A stretch of DNA of 64,000 nt from Candidatus Methylomirabilota bacterium (GTDB taxonomy: Bacteria; Methylomirabilota; Methylomirabilia; Rokubacteriales; CSP1-6): contig JBKPAK010000189.1 of NCBI GenBank assembly GCA_046726415.1, forward strand, positions 11,453-75,452, in the 5' to 3' direction. Below, one piece after another: positions 27,706-37,013 of the stretch. The position numbers and the translations under genes are program-made. Numbering within the stretch: the stretch's first letter is position 1; every line of letters begins with the position of its first letter. Below the pieces are notes generated by a model. It saw nothing but the letters and a program-made list of their open reading frames with translations, made no database searches and was not told the DNA's origin.

Positions 27706-28695
27706 ATGGCCAGGCTGAAGATCGGCTTCATTCCTACGGAAGGTGGTCACTACTACCGCGAGGCGCTGGATGAGGTCACGCGGGCCGAGGAGCTGGGCTT
27801 CGACTCCGTGTGGATGGAGGAGCACCACGCCGTCACCAATCATTACTGGCCATCTCCGCTCACTGTCCTCGCCGGCTTTGCCACGCGCACGTCGCGCGTG
27901 GTGCTGGGCACGGACATCGCCGTAGCGCCGTTTCATCATCCCGTGCGACTGGCCGAGGACGTGGCCATGCTCGACGTGATGTCGAACGGGCGCACCATCC
28001 TCGGCATCGCCATCGGCTACAAGCCGGACGAGTTCACCCTGTACGGTGTGGACCTCGAGAAACGCGGGGCACGCTTCGAAGAACAGCTCGCGATCATGAA
28101 AGGGCTCTGGACCCAGGATCGGCTCGCCTTCCGTGGCTCGTACTACAGGGTCGACGGGCGACTCGAGCCGAAACCGGTCGCCAAACCCCATCCTCCCATC
28201 TGGATCGGGGGCTGGGGGGAGCTGACCTTGCGGCGCGCGGCGACCCTGGCCGACAACTGGATTCCGGGCCCGACCGCCGATCTGCAACGCCTGCAGGCGG
28301 GCAAGCGCGCCTTCATCGAACATCGCCGCGCAGCGGGACGAACGGAACCCATTGGGGAGTGGCCCCTCACGCGCGACGTGATCATCGCCGACACCGACGC
28401 GAAGGCGCGGGAGCTCGCGGAGCAACACATCATGGTCGCCTACCGCAAGGAGTACGCCGGCGGCTGGCGGCATCCGTTCATCGACGCGAGCATTGCCACG
28501 GACCTCGACAAGCTCATGGAAGACCGTTTCATCATCGGCGGACCCGAACAGTGCATCGCCCGAATCCGGCGATTCGTCGAGCACTACGGGATGACGCACC
28601 TCATCTGCCGCACGTTCTTTCCGGGAATGCCGCATGAGCACATCATGCGCGAGTTGGAACTGCTGGCCCACGAGGTCGTACCAGCCTTCAAATAG
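27706..28695 (+). CDS. LLM-class flavin-dependent oxidoreductase
   Basis: Motifs AEELGFDSVWMEEHH, HPVRLAEDVAMLD.MSNGR and PKPVAKPHPPIWIGG. Confidence 0.93.
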   Translation: MARLKIGFIPTEGGHYYREALDEVTRAEELGFDSVWMEEHHAVTNHYWPSPLTVLAGFATRTSRVVLGTDIAVAPFHHPVRLAEDVAMLDVMSNGRTILGIAIGYKPDEFTLYGVDLEKRGARFEEQLAIMKGLWTQDRLAFRGSYYRVDGRLEPKPVAKPHPPIWIGGWGELTLRRAATLADNWIPGPTADLQRLQAGKRAFIEHRRAAGRTEPIGEWPLTRDVIIADTDAKARELAEQHIMVAYRKEYAGGWRHPFIDASIATDLDKLMEDRFIIGGPEQCIARIRRFVEHYGMTHLICRTFFPGMPHEHIMRELELLAHEVVPAFK

Positions 28696-28719
28696 GTCCT
28701 ACCAAAACTCCTAACTATC

Positions 28720-28728
28720 TGATATACT
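28720..28728 (+). promoter_or_regulatory. Extended -10 element
   Basis: TG-A-TATACT in an AT-rich gap just upstream of the DHOD-like gene. Confidence 0.5.
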
Positions 28729-28733
28729 TCGGT

Positions 28734-29816
28734 TTGCGCCTCAACGATGACGCGCGAAAGGGGTGCTCACCGATCGCAAACGGCACGTATCGGGTCGATC
28801 GTTCCTACGCTTGGAACTACGCGCATTCGCCGTCTCTTCCCCGCGTGCGCCGGCTTCCGGGTGGCCCCGGAGGCCACCTCTTCGAGTACCGGCTGAACTC
28901 CAACCTGGGGGTGTCGGCCGGCCCGCTTCTCAATTCGAAGTGGGTGGAGGGCTATGCGCGGCTGGGCTTCGATATCCTGACCTACAACACCGTTCGATCT
29001 ACCTTCTGGCCGGCGTACAACTTGCCCAATATCCGCCACGTCGAGAACCGCGAGCAGGTGGCCGTCACCTCTCGCCGCCCCCTGCACGCCGCCCATCCGA
29101 CGCTCGCCGTCTCGCTCGGCAATCCCTCTTCGGAGCCCGACGTCTGGCGGAAAGACGTTCGGCGGGCCAGGGAGCGCATGGGGCGGGGGCAGGTCCTCAT
29201 CGTCAGTGTCATCGGCACGCCGACGCCCGGGGGAGATGCGGAAGCCTTCGTGACCGACTACGGGCGGTGCGCGGCGTGGGCGGCGGAGGCCGGGGCGGAC
29301 ATTGTCGAGGTGCACCTCGCCACGCCGGACCCCTTCGCCGAGCAAGCCCAGATGGTGTTCGAAAATTTCCTGCTGTCCGCGCAGATCCTGCACCGGGTGC
29401 GGACGACCATCTCGGTACCTGTGCTGGCCAAGCTCGGGGCCTTTCGGACCCCGCGAGCTCTCCACGAGACGGCGACCAAGCTGGCTCCGTGGGCGCACGG
29501 CTTCGTGCTGGTGTCGGGGATCCAGCGGCGCATCATCGACGAAGAGGGCAACGCCGCCTTCGATGGCCGCGATCGCGCTGACGTGGTCGGTGCCGACATG
29601 TTCGCGGTCTGTTCGCGGCAGGTTTCTGAGATGTTGGCGTGGCGCAAAGCCGGCGCCTGGGAACGGGCGGTGCTGGCCGTCGGGGGGATCACCACCGTCG
29701 AGCGCGTCGACGCGATGCTGCGCGGAGGCGCCGACGCTGTGCTGGTGGCCACCGCCGCGCTCTACGATCCGCTGTTCGCGACGCGCTTCCGCCAGTCGCG
29801 CGCCTCCGCCGCCTGA
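28734..29816 (+). CDS. Dihydroorotate dehydrogenase-like FMN protein with an altered active site
   Basis: Motifs LGVSAGPLLN, GFDILTY, LIVSVIG, AGADIVEV, VPVLAKL and AVGGITT...GADAV. The usual NxSCPN motif reads HLATPD. Confidence 0.7.
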   Translation: MRLNDDARKGCSPIANGTYRVDRSYAWNYAHSPSLPRVRRLPGGPGGHLFEYRLNSNLGVSAGPLLNSKWVEGYARLGFDILTYNTVRSTFWPAYNLPNIRHVENREQVAVTSRRPLHAAHPTLAVSLGNPSSEPDVWRKDVRRARERMGRGQVLIVSVIGTPTPGGDAEAFVTDYGRCAAWAAEAGADIVEVHLATPDPFAEQAQMVFENFLLSAQILHRVRTTISVPVLAKLGAFRTPRALHETATKLAPWAHGFVLVSGIQRRIIDEEGNAAFDGRDRADVVGADMFAVCSRQVSEMLAWRKAGAWERAVLAVGGITTVERVDAMLRGGADAVLVATAALYDPLFATRFRQSRASAA

Positions 29817-29944
29817 CGGCGTCGCGCGCTCTCGCTGCCTGAGACCCTGGAGGCCTCGAAGGAGCCCGTTAAGCCTCACCGTTGGGACGACCCGGGCCAG
29901 CGTTAGCGCAGCGACGCGGGCCAGGCAGACGGTCTGAAGCCCTA

Positions 29945-29953
29945 TGCTAGGCT
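29945..29953 (+). promoter_or_regulatory. Extended -10 element, probable leaderless start
   Basis: TG-C-TAGGCT lies 7 nt before ATG 29961. Confidence 0.5.
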
Positions 29954-29960
29954 ACGGCCG

Positions 29961-30956
29961 ATGCGGTGGGTCCTCGTGGTCGGGTTCGAGCACGCCGCGG
30001 ACTTCGGACTCGACGTTCGCGACGAGCTGACGGCCATGGGCCACGACGTGCGCACCTTCGCGTATCGGCGCGCCAATGTTCTCTACAAAAACCGAAGCAC
30101 CAAGGCCGCCTACCAGCTCTTCATCCTGCGCCGGCTGGAGCGGCTGTGCGCGACCTGGCGCCCGCACCTCGTGCTCGTGCTGAAGGGAAGCCCCATCACG
30201 CCAGGACTGATCCGCCGCGTGAAAACCCGCGCCGACACCCTCTTCCTCAACCTCTTTCCCGACAACCCGCTGTGGATGATGCCCTTCGAGCACATCGAAG
30301 CTTACGACGTCTTCTTCACCAAGGACCGCTACGCCATGCGCGCGCTCCAGCTGGTGGGACTGCGAAACCTCTACTATCTGCCCCTCTACTGCGTGCCGGC
30401 GTTCCAGCATCCGGTGGCGCTGACCCCCGAGGAGGCCTCCGGGCTTGGCGGCGTGGCCGCGCTGGTGGGGAGGCACTATCCCTTCCGGGAGCGCTTCGTG
30501 CGAGAGCTGGCGGACTATCCGCTGCGCGTCTGGGGACCTGGCTGGGAGCGCGTGACCGACCCGCGCGTCCGCGCGCGCGTGGCGGGGGCGGGCGTGTGGG
30601 GAGAGGCCAAGCTGAAGATCTACTCGGGTGCGCCGCTCTCGGTCAACCTGCATCATCCGATGAACGACGTGGTCGGGGTGAACATCCGGACGTTCGAGCT
30701 GGCCGCGGCGGGGGCCTGTCAGGTCGTCGATCTGAAGGAGGATCTGGGGGCTCTGTTCAAGCCCGGCGACGAAGTCGTGGCCTTTCGGGACCTGGCCGAT
30801 TTGAGGCGCCAGCTCGACTATTACCTGACGCACCCCGAGGAGGCGCGCGCCATCGGCGAGAATGCGCGCCGACGGGCCCTCGCCGAGCACACCCTGCAAC
30901 ATCGCCTCGAGGAAGTCGTCTTCGCCGTCGAGGAGCGATTCGGCCGGCGGTCATGA
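29961..30956 (+). CDS. CgeB-family glycosyltransferase
   Basis: Motifs FPDNP, FFTKD, RVWGPGW, VNLH, NIRTFELAAAGACQV, IGENARRRALAEHT and HRL. Confidence 0.88.
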   Translation: MRWVLVVGFEHAADFGLDVRDELTAMGHDVRTFAYRRANVLYKNRSTKAAYQLFILRRLERLCATWRPHLVLVLKGSPITPGLIRRVKTRADTLFLNLFPDNPLWMMPFEHIEAYDVFFTKDRYAMRALQLVGLRNLYYLPLYCVPAFQHPVALTPEEASGLGGVAALVGRHYPFRERFVRELADYPLRVWGPGWERVTDPRVRARVAGAGVWGEAKLKIYSGAPLSVNLHHPMNDVVGVNIRTFELAAAGACQVVDLKEDLGALFKPGDEVVAFRDLADLRRQLDYYLTHPEEARAIGENARRRALAEHTLQHRLEEVVFAVEERFGRRS

Positions 30957-32191
30957 CCGAATCCCTGGCGCAGGTTTTGGGCTGCATCGACTGTGGCGCC
31001 ACCTTTCCCCTCACCTATCGGCTGCAATGCGCGCGATGCCGCGGCCTGCTCGAAGTGCGTTACGACCTCGACGTGATGCGTCGCGGTGGCCCGGCGCTGC
31101 TGAGCGGCCGGGGACTCTGGCGCTACGCGATCGCCCTGCCCGTGCCCGATCCAGCCCATCGCGTGACCTTGGGTGAGGGCCAAACCCCCTACCTCGAGTG
31201 CCCGCGATTGGCCGGCGAGTTGGGCGTGCGCAGCCTGGCCGTGAAATTCGACGGCGCGAATCCCACGGGCAGCGTGAAGGACCGAACCTCGGCGACGGCC
31301 GTCGGCGCCGCCCGCCAGTTCGGCTTTCACGCCATCTCGGTGGTCAGCACGGGCAATGCCGGTTCGTCCATCGCGGCCTACGCCGCCCGCGCAGGATTGC
31401 GCGCGTTCGTGTTCGCTTCCGAGCGGGCCTCCGCGCCCAAGCTCCTCCACATGGCCGCGACGACATCCGACCTCATCCTATACGCCGGGGGGTACGACGA
31501 TCTCATCGGCCACTGGGACCGCCTGGTTGACGATGGCTTGTTTTTCGATGGTGGCGCCTCACGCAACCCCTACAAGCACGAGGGGAAGAAAACTCTCGCC
31601 TACGAGATTGCCGAGCAGAGCGGATGGACGCCGCCAGACGCGATCGTCGCTCCAGTCGCAGTGGGAGAGACGTTCATCGCCACCGCGCGCGGCTTCCAGG
31701 AGCTCGCGGCCGCGGGTTGGATCGCCCGCTGCCCTCTGCTGATCGCCGCTCAGGCCACGCGCGCCAACGCCATCAGCCGGGCTCACACCGCCCGCGCGCC
31801 GCTGACACCGATGGCGATCACTCACACCGTCGCGGAGGGCCTTGCCGCGGGCAATCCTGGCCGCAAGGGCGAGTGGGTCCTGCGCCTCCTGCGCGAGGGC
31901 GATGGCCTCGCCGCGGATGTGGAGGATGACGAGATCCTGGCCGCCCAGCGGCGCCTGGCCCGCAGCGAAGGCCTCTGGGCGGGTCCCACGGGCGTGGCAC
32001 CGCTGGCCGTACTGATCAAGCTGCTGGCCGAGCGCCGTGTCGATCCCGACCAGCGCTTCGGGGTTCTCGTCACGGAGACCGGGCTCAAGACCGAAGCGGC
32101 CCTCCCGGCTCGCCAGGGCGTGGTCCACGACTACCAGTCGCTGCGTCGCCTCGTCGAGGAGCGACTGGCCGAGTGCGCTGGCCGCATCTGA
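30953..32191 (+). CDS. Threonine synthase-like PLP-dependent enzyme
   Basis: ATGA overlap with the upstream gene. N-terminal CxxC/CxxC, TLGEGQTP, NPTGSVKDR (PLP lysine), STGNAGSS, EGKKTLAYE and TETGLK. Confidence 0.85.
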   Translation: MTESLAQVLGCIDCGATFPLTYRLQCARCRGLLEVRYDLDVMRRGGPALLSGRGLWRYAIALPVPDPAHRVTLGEGQTPYLECPRLAGELGVRSLAVKFDGANPTGSVKDRTSATAVGAARQFGFHAISVVSTGNAGSSIAAYAARAGLRAFVFASERASAPKLLHMAATTSDLILYAGGYDDLIGHWDRLVDDGLFFDGGASRNPYKHEGKKTLAYEIAEQSGWTPPDAIVAPVAVGETFIATARGFQELAAAGWIARCPLLIAAQATRANAISRAHTARAPLTPMAITHTVAEGLAAGNPGRKGEWVLRLLREGDGLAADVEDDEILAAQRRLARSEGLWAGPTGVAPLAVLIKLLAERRVDPDQRFGVLVTETGLKTEAALPARQGVVHDYQSLRRLVEERLAECAGRI

Positions 32192-32195
32192 CCGC

Positions 32196-32813
32196 GTGCC
32201 GCTGAGCCGAGCGTTCTACGAGAGGCCGGCCCGGGTCGTCGCCCGCGATCTCCTCGGCTGCGTGCTCGTCTCGCGCCACGGGGGAGTGATCACTTCGGGG
32301 CGCATCGTGGAAACCGAGGCGTACCTTGGTCCCGAAGACGCGGCATCGCACGCGGCGTTTCGCCCTGGTAGTCGGGCGCTCTTCTATGGCGCAGGCGGTA
32401 TCGCGTATGTGTACCAGGCCTATGGCATGCACTGCTGCCTGAACGCGATCTCCGGCCCGGTCGGACTCGCGGGGTGCGTGCTCATCCGCGCCCTGGAGCC
32501 GCTGGAGGGCGCCGACGTGATGGCTCGGCGGCGTGGCGTCCCCACCGACTCGCCCCGGCTCGCCAGCGGCCCTGGCAACCTCACGCGGGCCCTGGCCATC
32601 ACGGTGGGCGACACAGGCGTGGATCTCACCGTCGGTCCACTCACCATCGGACCGGCTCTCGCTGACCGACGCCCGCGGATCGCCAGGGGCCCCCGCGTCG
32701 GTATCACGCGCGACACCGCGCGGATTCTGCGCTTCTGGATCGCCGCCAGCCCCTGCGTCTCGCGGGGCGCGGCGACAAAGCCGCGAATGTCCTCGGATCT
32801 GGGTCTCCCGTAG
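32196..32813 (+). CDS. mpg: DNA-3-methyladenine glycosylase (MPG/AAG family); start uncertain
   Basis: Motifs VARDLLG, GRIVETEAY, YVYQAYGMHCCLN, VLIRALEP, GPGNL and RVGI. Confidence 0.92.
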   Translation: MPLSRAFYERPARVVARDLLGCVLVSRHGGVITSGRIVETEAYLGPEDAASHAAFRPGSRALFYGAGGIAYVYQAYGMHCCLNAISGPVGLAGCVLIRALEPLEGADVMARRRGVPTDSPRLASGPGNLTRALAITVGDTGVDLTVGPLTIGPALADRRPRIARGPRVGITRDTARILRFWIAASPCVSRGAATKPRMSSDLGLP

Positions 32814-32863
32814 GAGGGAATCGGAACCATGCGAACAACATCTCGATTTTGCTCACCATTTTG

Positions 32864-32893
32864 TTGACACTCTTCGAAACGCCTGCGTATCAT
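32864..32893 (+). promoter_or_regulatory. Sigma70-type promoter of the tol-pal operon
   Basis: TTGACA (32864), an 18-nt spacer, then TATCAT (32888); GAGGAG RBS before GTG 32921. Confidence 0.7.
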
Positions 32894-32920
32894 GCTGGAA
32901 ACGCCAACTGAGGAGCGAGC

Positions 32921-33646
32921 GTGCCCACCGAAAACCTAAGCTCCAGCGTCCTGGAACTTCTGCTCACCGCCGGGCCCGTCGCCAAGGCCGTTCTGATCAT
33001 TCTGCTCATCTTCTCCATCGTGAGCTGGGCGCTCATCGTCGAGAAGTGGTGGCAATTCCGGCGGGTGCGCCGGCAGAGTGTCGCTTTCCTCAGGGTATTC
33101 CGGGAAGGACGCCGATCTTCAGCGCTGGTGGGTGCCTCACGCAAGCTGCGGGATAGCCCCCTGGCGAACCTCTATCTGGCCGGATACCATGAAGTCGCGG
33201 GAATCTCGGAGATCGCCGACCGTGTACTGGACGAAGCGGATGAGGGGCTTCCCCCCGATCGCCTCGACGCCGTCCACCGGGCTTTGCGGCGCACCGCCGG
33301 ACAAGAGGTTTCCCGGCTCGAGCGCTACCTCCCCTTCCTGGCCACCACGGCCAGCGCCGCGCCTTTCATCGGCCTGTTCGGGACGGTGTGGGGGGTCATC
33401 ACGGCGTTCCACGGGATCGGCCAGCAGGGTTCGGCGAGCCTCGCCGTGGTCGCGCCAGGCATTTCCGAAGCCCTCATCGCCACGGCAGCGGGACTGGGTG
33501 CGGCCATCCCGGCCGTGATGGGGTACAACTATTTCGTGAACCGCGTTCGCCACTGGGCCACGGAGATGGATGGCTTCATGTTCGACTTGCTCAACCTGTT
33601 GAGCCGCCCCGCCCCGCGGGTGGCGCGGCCGGCGAAGGATGTTTAA
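32921..33646 (+). CDS. tolQ: TolQ (MotA/TolQ/ExbB family)
   Basis: Motifs LATTASAAPFIGLFGTVWG and VAPGISEALIATAAGL; first gene of the tol-pal operon. Confidence 0.93.
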   Translation: MPTENLSSSVLELLLTAGPVAKAVLIILLIFSIVSWALIVEKWWQFRRVRRQSVAFLRVFREGRRSSALVGASRKLRDSPLANLYLAGYHEVAGISEIADRVLDEADEGLPPDRLDAVHRALRRTAGQEVSRLERYLPFLATTASAAPFIGLFGTVWGVITAFHGIGQQGSASLAVVAPGISEALIATAAGLGAAIPAVMGYNYFVNRVRHWATEMDGFMFDLLNLLSRPAPRVARPAKDV

Positions 33647-34067
33647 GCTAGAGACGTCCGAAGGAGTACGCAGTCGCACCAGCTCCGCGCTGGCCGAGAT
33701 CAACATCATCCCGTTTGTCGACGTCGTGCTCGTGCTGCTCCTGATCTTCATGCTCACCGCGCCCATGATGTATCGCGGAATCGATGTGAACCTGCCCAAG
33801 GCGTCGGCCAAGCCCACGGCCGTTGAAGAGCGGATGGTCCTGACCGTGACCAAGGATCGGACGCTCTACCTCAATGACAAGCCGGTCCCGGTCGCGTCAC
33901 TGGACACCCAGCTGGCGGCCGTGTTTCGCGATCGAAAGGACAAGACGCTCTACCTCAAGGCCGATTCCGGCTTGTCGTACGGCACCGTGGTCGAAACGAT
34001 GGACCGCGTGCGTCGCGCGGGCATCGAGCGGCTCGGGATGGTGACGGAGCCAGTTCGTCCGCAATGA
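33639..34067 (+). CDS. tolR: TolR (ExbD/TolR family)
   Basis: Motifs EINIIPFVDVVLVLLLIFM and LKAD...YG. Confidence 0.93.
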   Translation: MFKLETSEGVRSRTSSALAEINIIPFVDVVLVLLLIFMLTAPMMYRGIDVNLPKASAKPTAVEERMVLTVTKDRTLYLNDKPVPVASLDTQLAAVFRDRKDKTLYLKADSGLSYGTVVETMDRVRRAGIERLGMVTEPVRPQ

Positions 34068-34077
34068 TGCGGCGCCG

Positions 34078-34992
34078 TTGATGGCTGCCACCGTCACCCT
34101 CAGGATGCGTCCCCGACCGGCGAGCGGGCCCGCCGTACGTCGCTATCCGCTCCCGGTGAGAAGTCTCCTCCTGTCGTCGTGCGTCCATGCGATCGTTCTC
34201 GGCGCCATCATTGGAGTCGCCCTGCTGTGGCGTCCCGAGCCGACGCGGACCTACTTCGTGAATCTCGCGCCCTCGGTTCCGGCTCTCGGGAGTCCGGTGG
34301 GAAAGCCGACGACACCGACGACCGCGCCACCGGCGCCTCGGGTCGAGGAGCCTCCGAAGCCGACGAAGTCCGCCGCGCCCGAATTGCCGGTCCGGGACGT
34401 CGCGCCAAAGCCGATCCGCCCCGCGGCCCCCCCGGATCTGCCGGCCCGCCCGGCCACGCCTCCGGCGCTGCCCGCGCGCACCGCCACCAAGCTCCCGGAG
34501 ATGCCCACGCGCGAGGTTCCGCGCGACACTCCAAAATCCGGTCAGAAGGAATTGCCTTCCCTGTCGACGCCAGCCCCACCGACCTCGACGGCGTCGAAGC
34601 CCAGTCCCGCGCCGGCCGCGAGCGAAGCGGCTCCTGCCCCTCCCCCAGCTGCGCTCGGCCGACCCACCGGCGCGCCTCAGGGGGCCGGAACGATGGCGAG
34701 CGTAGAGGGAGACTTTCCTTTCCAATGGTACCTGACCGCCGTCCAGCGCAAGGTCTACGAGCAGTGGACTCAACCGCTGTCGAGCGCGCAGGGACAGCGG
34801 GCGATCATCGTATTCGAGATCGCGCGCAACGGCGAGGTCAGCCGCGCCCGCGTCGAGAAGACCTCCGGGGACGCCACCTACGATCTGGCGGCGCTTCGCG
34901 CCGTGGCCAATGCCAATCCTCTCCCACCGCTCCCTGCGGAATTCAAGGGCACCATGATCCGAGTGCATTTTGGGTTCGAATACAAAGGCTGA
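34078..34992 (+). CDS. tolA: TolA/TonB-like protein
   Basis: N-terminal TM with SxxxH (SSCVH), a Pro-rich linker, and a TonB-C-like domain (FEIARNG, SGDATYDLAALRAV, PLPPLP). Lies between tolR and tolB. Confidence 0.8.
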   Translation: MMAATVTLRMRPRPASGPAVRRYPLPVRSLLLSSCVHAIVLGAIIGVALLWRPEPTRTYFVNLAPSVPALGSPVGKPTTPTTAPPAPRVEEPPKPTKSAAPELPVRDVAPKPIRPAAPPDLPARPATPPALPARTATKLPEMPTREVPRDTPKSGQKELPSLSTPAPPTSTASKPSPAPAASEAAPAPPPAALGRPTGAPQGAGTMASVEGDFPFQWYLTAVQRKVYEQWTQPLSSAQGQRAIIVFEIARNGEVSRARVEKTSGDATYDLAALRAVANANPLPPLPAEFKGTMIRVHFGFEYKG

Positions 34993-35022
34993 GGCCGACG
35001 AGGCCTCTTTGAGGGGCTTATT

Positions 35023-36348
35023 GTGAAGATCCGTCGGGCCGCGCTCCTGCTCGCTCCCCTGTTCCTGGTGGCGCCGCTGCTGCTCGTCGCGAAGCTGCCG
35101 GCGCCGCACGCGCAAGGGGTCGATGTCTTCCTCAACGTCACGGGTGGTGGAGCGAAGAAGCTGAACATCGCCATTCCCGAGTTCACCCTGGTCAGCGGCA
35201 CGGACACCGGGGGGGCCGGCAAGGCGCTTGCCGGCGTGATCGGAGCGGACCTGAACTTCTCGGGTTTGTTTCAAGTGGTCAGTGCCACCGGTCCCGTCCC
35301 TCCCAACAATCCCGACGCGCTCCAGAAGCTGTGGAGCGACTTCGCCGCGGCCGGCGCCCATGCTGGGTTGCATGGACTCTTGACGGTCCGAGGGGACCGG
35401 CTCGACGTGGAAGCCAGACTCTACGACCTCACGTCGGCGGATCAGCGTCCGATCGCTGCGAAGAAGTTCGAGATGCCCGCCGCCCAGATGAGGCGACTCG
35501 CGCATCGCATTGCCGACGATGTGGTGCTCCAGTTCACCGGGCAGCGCGGAATTGCCGACACGAAGCTGGCGTTCACGCGCGTCGCCGGTAACGTCAAGGA
35601 GATCTACGTCGCGGATTACGACGGAGCAGGGGCGAGCGCCGTAACCCAGAATCGTTCCGTGAATCTGAGCCCCGCGTGGAGCCCCGACGCCCGCTCGCTG
35701 GCCTTCACGTCGTTCTCCAAGGGCTATCCCGACCTCTACCGGATCTTCCCGTTCGAGCGGCGTCCGGAGCAGGTGCTGGCGGCCTTCGCCGGGATCAACA
35801 CGTCACCCGCATGGAGTCCCGACGGTCAGCATGTCGCCCTGACGCTGTCGAAGGATGGCAACCCCGAGATCTATCTTCTGACCCTCGCCACGGGAGCCTT
35901 CCGTCGGCTTACCCGCCATCCGGCCATCGACACCGAACCGACGTGGTCGCCCGACGGGCGACAGATCGCCTTCGTCTCCGATCGTTCCGGCGGACCGCGA
36001 ATCTACGCGATGGACCTCGATGGCGGCAACGTGCGCCCACTGACCGAGGGTGGGCATCACACGCAGCCGCGCTGGTCCCCGCGGGGAGACGTCGTCGCGT
36101 ACACGGCGCGCGAGGGGCGATTCAACATCTGGGCGGTCAATGCCGATGGCTCGAATGCGCGGCGCCTCACCGAGGGAGGCGACAATCAGAGTGCCAGCTG
36201 GTCCCCCGACGGCCGCCATCTCGCCTTCCAGACCAGCCGACTCGGCGGCTGGCAGATCTTTGCGATGTTCGCCGACGGTTCGGAACAGAATCTCCTCATC
36301 CGTGGCGGATCGGATACAAGTCCATCGTGGTCACCCAGGCTACCGTGA
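35023..36348 (+). CDS. tolB: TolB
   Basis: Motifs RRLAHRIADD and IYVADYDG, with repeated PAWSPDG (PD40) propeller motifs. Confidence 0.95.
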   Translation: MKIRRAALLLAPLFLVAPLLLVAKLPAPHAQGVDVFLNVTGGGAKKLNIAIPEFTLVSGTDTGGAGKALAGVIGADLNFSGLFQVVSATGPVPPNNPDALQKLWSDFAAAGAHAGLHGLLTVRGDRLDVEARLYDLTSADQRPIAAKKFEMPAAQMRRLAHRIADDVVLQFTGQRGIADTKLAFTRVAGNVKEIYVADYDGAGASAVTQNRSVNLSPAWSPDARSLAFTSFSKGYPDLYRIFPFERRPEQVLAAFAGINTSPAWSPDGQHVALTLSKDGNPEIYLLTLATGAFRRLTRHPAIDTEPTWSPDGRQIAFVSDRSGGPRIYAMDLDGGNVRPLTEGGHHTQPRWSPRGDVVAYTAREGRFNIWAVNADGSNARRLTEGGDNQSASWSPDGRHLAFQTSRLGGWQIFAMFADGSEQNLLIRGGSDTSPSWSPRLP

Positions 36349-36395
36349 TACGATCGATTTTGCTGCGACTATCGCGCACGTCACAAGGAGGCGAC

Positions 36396-37013
36396 ATGGT
36401 CATCCGTGCGGTCAGTCTTCTGGGTGTTTCGCTCCTCGTCACGGCCACGGTGCTTGCCGGGTGCGCGAAGCGCCCCGCCATGACCCAGGCCTCCGCGCCG
36501 CCTCCGCCTGCGGCGGTGGTCGCCCCGAAGCCACCTCCCCCCACCGTGGTGCAAGAGACGGTCAGGGAGACGGTCGTCGCGACCCCCGCTCCGGAGCCGG
36601 CGACGCCACCAGCCACCGCCGCGCCCGCTACGCCCGCTCCCACTGTGCGGCCGTCGCCCAAAGAGTTCGCCGTCAACGCGAACGTCAAGGACATCTTCTT
36701 CGACTTCGACAAGTACAACATCAAGCCGGAGTTCGCGAAGGTCCTCGACGACAACGCGGGATGGCTGAAGGCGAACCCCGGGCAGCTCGTGCTGATCGAG
36801 GGGCATTGCGACGAGCGTGGCACGGTCGAGTACAACCTCGTGCTCGGCGAGCGGCGGGCGAAAGCCGCCATGAACTATCTGGTCGCCCAGGGCGTGCAGG
36901 CGAGCCGCTTCACCGTCATCAGTTACGGCAAGGAGCGTCCGTTCTGCACCGAACACAACGAAACATGCTGGTCTCAGAACCGGCGCGCCCACTTCCTCAC
37001 CAAGGCGCAGTAG
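36396..37013 (+). CDS. pal: Peptidoglycan-associated lipoprotein Pal
   Basis: GGAGG RBS and lipobox LAGC. Motifs FFDFDK, IEGHCDERGTVEYNLVLGERRA, SYGKERP and NRR. Confidence 0.96.
   Translation: MVIRAVSLLGVSLLVTATVLAGCAKRPAMTQASAPPPPAAVVAPKPPPPTVVQETVRETVVATPAPEPATPPATAAPATPAPTVRPSPKEFAVNANVKDIFFDFDKYNIKPEFAKVLDDNAGWLKANPGQLVLIEGHCDERGTVEYNLVLGERRAKAAMNYLVAQGVQASRFTVISYGKERPFCTEHNETCWSQNRRAHFLTKAQ

Noticed and set aside
28734-29816. pyrD
   Set aside because: The catalytic NxSCPN loop is replaced, so the symbol is not justified.
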